32,000 nt of DNA from Candidatus Nitrospira inopinata (GTDB taxonomy: Bacteria; Nitrospirota; Nitrospiria; Nitrospirales; Nitrospiraceae), in the NCBI RefSeq assembly GCF_001458695.1, contig NZ_LN885086.1, positions 3,180,001 to 3,212,000 of the forward strand, in the 5' to 3' direction. Each line of letters begins with the position of its first letter. The stretch's first letter is position 1. The notes under the pieces are model-generated. The model was not told where the DNA came from, searched no databases, and saw only the letters and a program-made list of their open reading frames with translations. Shown in pieces: positions 24,881-31,172 of this stretch. The translations under genes and the position numbers were made by a program.

Positions 24881-25831
24881 CTACAGCTTGAGCGTAAACC
24901 AGGTGGAGAGCGACTTCATGCCGTTCCGTTCGATATTGGCGCCATCCCACACCGCAAAGGCAATCGGGATGGACATGCCGGCTTTGAATTGCGTATCGTT
25001 CGCGTCGCCGGTTTCCAACGCTCTCTTCACGACCACGCGCCAGGTCGGGCCCGTATAGGCTCCGCCCTTCACGGAGCCGGCCGGCTCCCATACTCCATAC
25101 CCGACGACGTCCTGATGGACCTGCGTGGTCAACGTGCTGAAGCCGTTGGCATTGAGATCCTCCACGGAACTCACCCGCAAGGTGGGATCGGACATGATGT
25201 TGCCCGACCAGATACCGGGATTGAACGGTCCAAGGCTCCGTCCGATGCGGTCGGGATAGGTCACCCCACCAGCCGGCTCTTCATAGTAGAAGTCCCAAAA
25301 AATGCCGGGATATTGATCATCGACGTCCCAAATTCCCGCGCTGTCTTTCCCCAGATCCTTCTGCCACTCGGCGTTCCAACGCCAAATATTGGTGGTTCCG
25401 CCGGATTGTCCCATACATTGAAAGGGCGGCGCTCCCGACGTATTGACCGGAAACATCACCGCAACCTGGTCTCTGAAATCTTGCGGACCGATCGCCGTAT
25501 CGTTCTTCGTCTGATCAAGCCATTCCAGTCGCAGGCCCAACTCTTTGCCGTTCGTCATGGCCTTGACGAAGATGGATTTGACGGCGATGTTCGGGTGCAT
25601 CGGCGTTGTAATCAATTGTCCGCTCAACGGCACGACGACGCCGGGCACGCTTTCCCAAATCGGGTTCGCCCCGTCCATCGGAATGGCTCCCTTGATCATT
25701 TTGGTCGGGATCGTGACCGGTTGACTGACGGCCAACGGCACCTGTCCGACCGTCAGAACCGCGCCGACGGCGAGGACAGAGAGCAGCACCGCCCATACCA
25801 CACGTTTGCTGGTCGTCTGCACTATGCGCAT
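24881..25831 (-). CDS. EB_dh-domain haem-b protein (NxrC/ClrC/EbdC-like gamma subunit), copy 2
   Basis: Signal: MRIVQTTSKRVVWAVLLSVLAVGAVLTVG. Contains PFQCMGQSGGTTNIWRWNAEWQ, SSVEDLNANGFSTLTT, WRVVVKRAL and FAVWDGANIERNGMKSL, a clear paralogue of 18242..19072 with an insert of about 40 aa. ATG at 25831 is preceded by GGAGGGGG. The track's TTG start at 25852 would translate the Shine-Dalgarno sequence. Confidence 0.8.
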   Translation of the reverse strand: MRIVQTTSKRVVWAVLLSVLAVGAVLTVGQVPLAVSQPVTIPTKMIKGAIPMDGANPIWESVPGVVVPLSGQLITTPMHPNIAVKSIFVKAMTNGKELGLRLEWLDQTKNDTAIGPQDFRDQVAVMFPVNTSGAPPFQCMGQSGGTTNIWRWNAEWQKDLGKDSAGIWDVDDQYPGIFWDFYYEEPAGGVTYPDRIGRSLGPFNPGIWSGNIMSDPTLRVSSVEDLNANGFSTLTTQVHQDVVGYGVWEPAGSVKGGAYTGPTWRVVVKRALETGDANDTQFKAGMSIPIAFAVWDGANIERNGMKSLSTWFTLKL

Positions 25832-25920
25832 AAACCTACCCCCTCCTCTCAACTAGAGATAGATAGAATGGTCTCCCTTCAAACAAACATAGGGCTCACT
25901 CGGAGCCAATCACCGGAACG

Positions 25921-26892
25921 TCAGGCCGTTCCAACGGGGCCCGTATTACCGCTGTCTTGTTCCTTCTCTTTGATTTCCATGAACGACTGCGCGCCCACCT
26001 CGTTGAGCAAGAGACTCAGCTCATTTCCCTGATCCTGGGCGCCGCACTCGTAGGTCTGTCCTTCCGGAGAACTGAACGTCGCCGGCCGATAATCCGTCTC
26101 CGTATAGGGTTGCGGCGTCACGCCCAAGAAGGCGGTTTCAAAGTCGATCCAATCGGCCGTCATGTCGGCCACCAGCTTGAAGAGGCCGTAATCGGCCTTC
26201 TTGGCAAGCATGCGGCAAAACAGGGGAACCCACCGACCGATGTGATTCTTGACGAATTTCTTCTGGGCCTCCACGACGATCTCCGTTTTCTCCGCGCCGT
26301 CGTGGCACCGTGAGTAGGACTCTTTATAGGCAAGAAAATGCATGAACTCGAACTCGACGCTCAGATGATCGAGTCGTTCATGGATGTCTTTGGACAACTC
26401 CACTCCGAACGCCCGATAGAAGCCGGCGATATCGCCCATCACGTGCGATTGCGCGAACACGTGATCGTTGCCGAACAAGGTTTCATACGGTGGGCAGTCG
26501 AGCGTAATCACGTTGCTGAAGACCCGGCGATGCTCCGCTTGCAGATCGCTGAGTTGCCAATTGGCGCATTCGGAGGTGCTCAGCGCCTCCACCAGCTCGA
26601 TCTGTTTCTTGATCGCCGCCAACGCGCGGACGGCCCGTTGGCCCCCTTGTCCATCCAGCATGGCCTCCAACGTCTCCAGCGCGGCGCGACCGTCTTCGAC
26701 GAACTCACCGCACCGCAGATAATCAAGAAATTCCTCGTCTTCCGGATACAGCATGCTCCAGGAGATGAGCAGATAGATCTTGCTGCGATTCAACGCCCGT
26801 TCAACCGCCGGGGAGTCTTTGACCGTGGGGGAAGCCTGAATCACGGCGCCTGGGGAAGGGGATACGTTCGGCACAGGCTGTTTGATCGTCAT
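25921..26892 (-). CDS. TorD/NarJ/DmsD-family redox-enzyme maturation chaperone (type II DMSO reductase delta-like)
   Basis: RSKIYLLISWSMLYPEDEEF, LQAEHRRVFSN...CPPYETLFG, VMGDIAGFYRAFGVEL and ERLDHLSVEFEFMHFLAYKE follow the NarJ/TorD family pattern. ATG at 26892 is preceded by GGAGAA. It carries a C-terminal extension of about 70 aa beyond the usual family length. Confidence 0.8.
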   Translation of the reverse strand: MTIKQPVPNVSPSPGAVIQASPTVKDSPAVERALNRSKIYLLISWSMLYPEDEEFLDYLRCGEFVEDGRAALETLEAMLDGQGGQRAVRALAAIKKQIELVEALSTSECANWQLSDLQAEHRRVFSNVITLDCPPYETLFGNDHVFAQSHVMGDIAGFYRAFGVELSKDIHERLDHLSVEFEFMHFLAYKESYSRCHDGAEKTEIVVEAQKKFVKNHIGRWVPLFCRMLAKKADYGLFKLVADMTADWIDFETAFLGVTPQPYTETDYRPATFSSPEGQTYECGAQDQGNELSLLLNEVGAQSFMEIKEKEQDSGNTGPVGTA

Positions 26893-27105
26893 CGCGTATT
26901 CTCCGGCCCGTCGGGTCGATCGCCTCACCGGCGACTTCCGAAACGACGCGCCAGCCGGCCAACCTCTCGAACCGAAACCTTGGTATGTATATGAAATGGC
27001 CTGAAGATTGTCAAGGGAGAACCATCCTCTCCTGGCGAAAAACCCTCTTGCGATGCCTGGACACCCTTCGACAATCGATGGACATCGGAGAACGCATCGC
27101 TTCTG

Positions 27106-27705
27106 TCATGACTTCACCTGCGTGCGCCGACCGTGCGGTATTACGCGGATCGCCACGTGATCATTGACCGTTTTGCAGATTTTCTCGCATATCCCGCACC
27201 CTACGCACCTATCCTGCACAATCGCCACCTGCATCAGGTAAAAATCCATCGCCAGCGCCTGCGTCGGACAGCGGGACACACAGGCGTGGCAACCTTGTCC
27301 CGCCGTGCAGCGAGAGTGGGATACGACCGCGCAGCCCATTCGGACCTCGTGAATCCCACCGACGGGCTCCAGGGCCCCCGTTTGGCACGAGGCGATACAA
27401 GGAAAATCTTCACACAACAGGCACGGAGCTTGATCCGCGAACAAGATCGGCGTGGCGTCACGCTCATGGGCCACGATCGCCCCCGGCGGACAGTCTTTGA
27501 TGCAGTCGCCGCACCGCGTGCACAGTTCCAGAAACAGTGCCTCCTCGACGGCGCCGGGCGGGCGCAACCAATCGGTCCGGATCGTCGGCGCCTTCTGCAC
27601 CGGAGCGGCGTCCACTTGTTTGGAGAACTCCCGCGCGGCTTTCGCGACGGAACGAACGGAGTCCTTGAGAAAATCGCGTCGGCCGTATGAGGGATCGGGT
27701 GTCAT
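27106..27705 (-). CDS. Tat-signal 4x[4Fe-4S] ferredoxin, NapG/MauM-like
   Basis: Twin-arginine leader MTPDPSYGRRDFLKDSV. The LRPPGA motif is followed by four Cys clusters: CTRCGDCIKDCP, CLLCEDFPCIASC, CTAGQGCHACVSRCP and CVGCGICEKIC. The start is uncertain (ATG 27705 or GTG 27774) and neither has a clear Shine-Dalgarno sequence. Confidence 0.85.
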   Translation of the reverse strand: MTPDPSYGRRDFLKDSVRSVAKAAREFSKQVDAAPVQKAPTIRTDWLRPPGAVEEALFLELCTRCGDCIKDCPPGAIVAHERDATPILFADQAPCLLCEDFPCIASCQTGALEPVGGIHEVRMGCAVVSHSRCTAGQGCHACVSRCPTQALAMDFYLMQVAIVQDRCVGCGICEKICKTVNDHVAIRVIPHGRRTQVKS

Positions 27706-27778
27706 GGGATGGCCGTGTCCGTTATGCACGAATATCACGCATCGTCGGAGGCGATGTTCTCGCTTTCCTCTCACGGCG

Positions 27779-27803
27779 GGTGAAGAGCGCGTGTGCTCTC
27801 ACC
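27779..27803 (-). other. Strong intercistronic hairpin between the HExxH gene and the ferredoxin gene
   Basis: Minus-strand RNA reads GGUGAGAGC-acacgc-GCUCU(U)CACC: 9 bp with one bulge and no U tract. It begins 9 nt after the stop at 27812. Confidence 0.4.
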
Positions 27804-27811
27804 GCCGGCAC

Positions 27812-28822
27812 TCACGTCACGCCGTCGGCGCGCAGTTTATACACTTCCACGCAGCGATCGCAGGCTCCAAACTCCACATCCCACCCCGGATGATTGTCCC
27901 GAATGTAGTCCAAGACGTACGACTCGACCTTGTTCGTCAAATCTTCGACCCAAGAATAGGTGGGAAAGCGACAGAGCGGACAGGGAAAGCCCGGCATGAG
28001 CATGATTTTGTTGCTCTGGACCTCCGGAACTTCGCCTCCCTCGACCTCGACGGCCCGCTCCATGACGCGCAGGGTGTCGGCGGCCATCTCGATCAGTTCG
28101 GAGTGAGTGAAGTACGAGGTCTGCCACAGCCCTTCGAAGACCGACCTCAATTGAAGCGGTGGAATTTTTCGATACCAGGACCGGAATTCTTTGAACCGAT
28201 CCTCCTTGCTCAGCATCGGTTCTTTGCCCGCGGCAACCAGTCGACTGTCCACGCTCAGGCTCCACAATACGCGATACCGTTGCAAGATCAGCGTTTCCTC
28301 GCCGGGATTCTGCCCCACTTTGGTGTCCGGATCGTATCCGAACGCCGGGTCGATCATGTCCGAGATATGCATCAATTCGTGGCGGCAGTACCGCGTCAGC
28401 GCCGGGTCATAGAATCGCCGGGGGATCAGCTTGATCCCGACGCCTTTCATCCCCTTTTCCTCAAACGAACGGGCCAACTCCTTTTCGACCGGTCCCCATT
28501 TGCGCAGAATATCGACCCCTTCCTGATCCTCTTTGAGCACGCCCTTGACCAAAACGATGCCCACCTTTTCCCTGAGCAGCGGGTATTCGTTGAACGAGTC
28601 GCGGATGATGTCCGCGAACCCCCAGGTCCCGAAGAGATACTGATAGAGCTTCTTAAACTCGCCTTCCCGATCTTCCAGGGCGAACTTCTCGTAGATGGGG
28701 TCGGCATACTCATGGAACTCCTTGTAGTAAGTGGGGTCCCCTTCCCGCTCCGTCTTCTCGATGAACGAATCGATCACTTCTTGAAGCAGGGCGGGCTGAA
28801 ATCTGATCTCCATAAACGGCAA
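27812..28822 (-). CDS. Hypothetical HExxH-motif protein with a C-terminal CxxC...CxxC zinc ribbon
   Basis: 336 aa with normal composition. HELMH lies at comp(28367-28381), which I checked against the DNA. The C-terminus has CPLC...CDRC. The start is either TTG 28822 or ATG 28813 (MEIRFQP). No family recognised by eye. Confidence 0.65.
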   Translation of the reverse strand: MPFMEIRFQPALLQEVIDSFIEKTEREGDPTYYKEFHEYADPIYEKFALEDREGEFKKLYQYLFGTWGFADIIRDSFNEYPLLREKVGIVLVKGVLKEDQEGVDILRKWGPVEKELARSFEEKGMKGVGIKLIPRRFYDPALTRYCRHELMHISDMIDPAFGYDPDTKVGQNPGEETLILQRYRVLWSLSVDSRLVAAGKEPMLSKEDRFKEFRSWYRKIPPLQLRSVFEGLWQTSYFTHSELIEMAADTLRVMERAVEVEGGEVPEVQSNKIMLMPGFPCPLCRFPTYSWVEDLTNKVESYVLDYIRDNHPGWDVEFGACDRCVEVYKLRADGVT

Positions 28823-28970
28823 CGATCCTTTCCAGCGGAGTGATGGTCAGGGGGTCGCAAGGACTCCCCTCGCAAGATGAACGCTCGTCTTCCAACGCCG
28901 GGGGACATCCGACCGAAGGCTGCTTGACTTGCCTGTCGCGCATCTCTTACGATCGCCGCGAGCGATGAAA

Positions 28971-29000
28971 ATTATACAGACCGCTTCGATAGCCAATCAA
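28971..29000 (-). promoter_or_regulatory. Sigma-70-like promoter for the HExxH/ferredoxin/chaperone/EB_dh unit
   Basis: On the minus strand: TTGATT (comp 28995-29000), an 18-nt spacer, then TATAAT (comp 28971-28976). It implies a leader of about 145 nt. Confidence 0.35.
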
Positions 29001-29032
29001 GGATCTCCGCCGACGGGCGAAGAAGCAACTAC

Positions 29033-30136
29033 GTGATGCCCGAACAGATGACGACCGCGTCCGTACCGAACGGACCGCCGGGCTTTCCGACCGAGGCGGC
29101 TCCGGCGCCTCCCATCGACTGTTTGGACTACTGGGCGACAGATTGCCGGGAAGTGAGGACCTATCGGGGCCACACCCATGGCGTGTGGGCGGTGGCGTTC
29201 TCTCCCGACGGCCAAACCCTTGCGAGCGGCGGAGCCGACCGTCTCGTCCGCATGTGGGACATCGAGACGGGACGACTCCTTCGATCCCTTCGCGGCCATA
29301 CTCACGACATCCGCGCCGTCGTCTTCACTCCGGACGGCCAGACCCTCGCCACCGGCAGTGAAGACCGGACGATCCGGCTCTGGAACGGCAAGACCGGGGA
29401 GCCGCTGAAACTGTTGTTCACCCGCTACGACCACGGCATCTGCAGCCTCTCGCTCTCGCCCGACGGCCTCATGCTCGCGCGCGGCAGCCACAACAAGGAC
29501 ATCAAGATTTGGGAAGTCACCACCGGCACCGAACTGATGACCCTGCTCGGCAAGGACGAGTACGATCACCATTGGTCGGTCTGTGTCGCCTTTTCGCCGG
29601 ACGGCATCCACCTGGCCAGCGGCACCGATATCGGCAAGATCAAAATTTGGGAAGTGCTCCCCAGCGGCGACGAAAAGGTGTTGCACGACGGCCACTGGCG
29701 GCGAGATGAAGAAGATTCGACCGAAACACGCGGCTATTTCATCGAGGACGACGGCGGGTTCCAGAAACCGATGGACTACTGGATCGGCGCCATGACCTTC
29801 ACCCCGGATGCGAAATTCCTGATCACCGGCAGCCGCGACAAGACCATCAAGCTCTTCGAGATGCCGCACGTCGTCGAAAAGAAGGCCCTCACCGGCCATA
29901 AGGGGTGGGTACGCAGCCTGGCCGTCTCCCCGGACGGCAAGGTCCTGGTGAGCGCGAGCGACGACCAGACCATCAAGTTCTGGGACCTGGCGACCGGCCG
30001 GAACTTTAGGACGCTTCAAGGTCACGCCGGAGGCGTCCGCTGTGTGACCTTCTCGCCGGACGGCCGTCGTCTTGCCAGCGCCTCCTGGGACCGGACCGTC
30101 AAACTCTGGGAAGGGGGCGCCAAACAAGACGAGTAA
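29033..30136 (+). CDS. Seven-blade WD40-repeat protein
   Basis: Seven units of the type GHTHGVWAVAFSPDGQTLASGGADRLVRMWD, ending in ...SWDRTVKLWE. GTG at 29033 and ATG at 29036. The antisense 376-aa ORF 28997..30127 is Arg/Gly/Pro-rich junk. Confidence 0.92.
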   Translation: MMPEQMTTASVPNGPPGFPTEAAPAPPIDCLDYWATDCREVRTYRGHTHGVWAVAFSPDGQTLASGGADRLVRMWDIETGRLLRSLRGHTHDIRAVVFTPDGQTLATGSEDRTIRLWNGKTGEPLKLLFTRYDHGICSLSLSPDGLMLARGSHNKDIKIWEVTTGTELMTLLGKDEYDHHWSVCVAFSPDGIHLASGTDIGKIKIWEVLPSGDEKVLHDGHWRRDEEDSTETRGYFIEDDGGFQKPMDYWIGAMTFTPDAKFLITGSRDKTIKLFEMPHVVEKKALTGHKGWVRSLAVSPDGKVLVSASDDQTIKFWDLATGRNFRTLQGHAGGVRCVTFSPDGRRLASASWDRTVKLWEGGAKQDE

Positions 30137-30270
30137 CGATGCTCCTCACGGCAACAGGTTCCCAAAATTAGAATCGAATAGAATCGGAATATCCGCAACT
30201 TTCTTGACGACGGCATACCGCCACTTTCCATAGGTTCCGTCCACATTCACCGCCGCCCCCCACCAACCCA
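30081..30270. repeat. Direct repeat copy A (WD40 3' end, spacer, and a truncated Res 3' end)
   Basis: Hand alignment to 30974-31172 gives about 9 substitutions over about 177 aligned nt, plus one 14-nt indel. The first 135 nt or so differ at only 3 positions. Confidence 0.85.
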
Positions 30271-30271
30271 T
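30146..30271 (-). pseudogene. Remnant copy of the C-terminal 40 codons of the Res-like restriction gene
   Basis: The minus frame reads MGWWGAAVNVDGTYGKWRYAVVKKVADIPILFDSNFGNLLP*. The intact gene ends ...ERWVAAVNADGTYGKWRYAVVKKVADIPILFDSNFGNLLP* at 31053. There is no similarity upstream of about 30270. Confidence 0.8.
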
Positions 30272-30391
30272 CAAGGCATGGCAACTGCGAAGGCAGCACC
30301 GGCGATGAATCGGGTCTGGGTAACGGACCGGATAACCCTGATCGACACTCTGAGCAACGGCATAGAGCGTGCGTTGTGGGCTGCCACACGC

Positions 30392-30670
30392 TCACCTGAA
30401 CAGGTCATAATCGTAAATTGAGTGATGATGACCGATATACCGGAATTCGACGTGATTGGGACCAAGGAACTTGAAGACGATGCGATAGGCTCGATCGACT
30501 CGAAAGCTCCAGACTTCATGATGTTTGGGATGCAATTTCTCGCTGTGGAGGGAGGGATGAAACGGATTCTCTCGGAAAAGATCGGTCTTCGCGGCGGCTT
30601 TTCGTTGAATCGGCTTGGAGAGTTTCCTAAATAGTCTATCGAACGTCGCCGTCGTCGAGAGTTCGAGCAT
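30392..30670 (-). CDS. RelE/ParE-superfamily type II toxin
   Basis: 92 aa. FDRLFRKLSKPIQRKAAAKTDLFRENPFHPSLHSEKLHPKHHEVWSFRVDRAYRIVFKFLGPNHVEFRYIGHHHSIY follows the ParE/RelE toxin pattern. It lies 6 nt downstream of a small partner gene. Confidence 0.8.
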   Translation of the reverse strand: MLELSTTATFDRLFRKLSKPIQRKAAAKTDLFRENPFHPSLHSEKLHPKHHEVWSFRVDRAYRIVFKFLGPNHVEFRYIGHHHSIYDYDLFR

Positions 30671-30676
30671 GACCGG

Positions 30677-30874
30677 CTAGTCGATCAGCTCGCGTAACGA
30701 CTTTCGTTTCGTGACCCGTCCTGCCCGGTGATCCTTCTCGGAGGCATCCAACGCGTCCAGAAATTCGCGACGATAGAGACCAATCGCATCGCAGAACGAT
30801 TCGAAGTTTTCCTTTGAGATCTCGAACTGAAAACTGTCGCGTGTCCGTTTCACGACCTTTGCCGCTAGCGCCAT
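30677..30874 (-). CDS. Putative cognate antitoxin (65 aa)
   Basis: Its position immediately upstream of the toxin, its size, and AAGGAG 5 nt before the ATG support the call. I did not recognise the family from the sequence. Confidence 0.6.
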   Translation of the reverse strand: MALAAKVVKRTRDSFQFEISKENFESFCDAIGLYRREFLDALDASEKDHRAGRVTKRKSLRELID

Positions 30875-30895
30875 AACGCTCCTTTTTTACGAAGG

Positions 30896-30921
30896 ATTTT
30901 ACAGCCTCTCGCTCTGCGAGA
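30896..30921 (-). promoter_or_regulatory. TA promoter -10 element with a palindromic operator
   Basis: On the minus strand: TAAAAT (comp 30896-30901), 5 nt downstream of the perfect inverted repeat TCTCGC-aga-GCGAGA (30907-30921). This is the typical layout for antitoxin autoregulation. Confidence 0.4.
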
Positions 30922-30973
30922 CAATCTCAAACTGCGGGGAACGACCGGAGCGAGACTCCAGCGGCTCCCACGC

Positions 30974-31043
30974 CCTCCTGGGACCGGACCGTCAAACTCT
31001 GGGAAGGGGGCTCTGGGAAGGGGGCGCCAAACAAGACAAGTAA
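30974..31043 (+). pseudogene. Remnant of the WD40 gene 3' end, frame-disrupted
   Basis: cctcctgggaccggaccgtcaaactctgggaaggggg...cgccaaacaagacaagtaa copies 30081-30136. The 14-bp duplication shifts the frame, and there is no upstream coding continuity. Confidence 0.75.
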
Positions 31044-31172
31044 CGATGCTCCTCACGGCAACAGGTTGCCAAAATTAGAATCGAATAGAATCGGAATGTC
31101 CGCAACTTTCTTGACGACGGCATACCGCCACTTTCCATATGTGCCATCGGCATTGACCGCCGCCACCCATCG
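30974..31172. repeat. Direct repeat copy B (remnant WD40 3' end, spacer, and the intact Res 3' end)
   Basis: See copy A. It also contains an internal 14-bp tandem duplication, CTCTGGGAAGGGGG x2 (30997-31024). Confidence 0.85.

Noticed and set aside
24716-28843. Plus-strand ORFs 24716..26032 (438 aa), 26338..26994 (218 aa) and 27452..28843 (463 aa)
   Set aside because: They are antisense to EB_dh copy 2, the TorD-like chaperone, the NapG-like ferredoxin and the HExxH protein. Their composition is junk-like.
28997-30127. A 376-aa minus-strand ORF
   Set aside because: It is the antisense shadow of the WD40 gene, whose seven repeats are clear on the plus strand.
30022-30395. Minus-strand ORFs 30022..30246 (74 aa) and 30168..30395 (75 aa)
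   Set aside because: They fall inside repeat copy A in frames different from the recognisable Res remnant. Their composition is Cys/Arg/Ser-rich, and they have no ribosome-binding sites.
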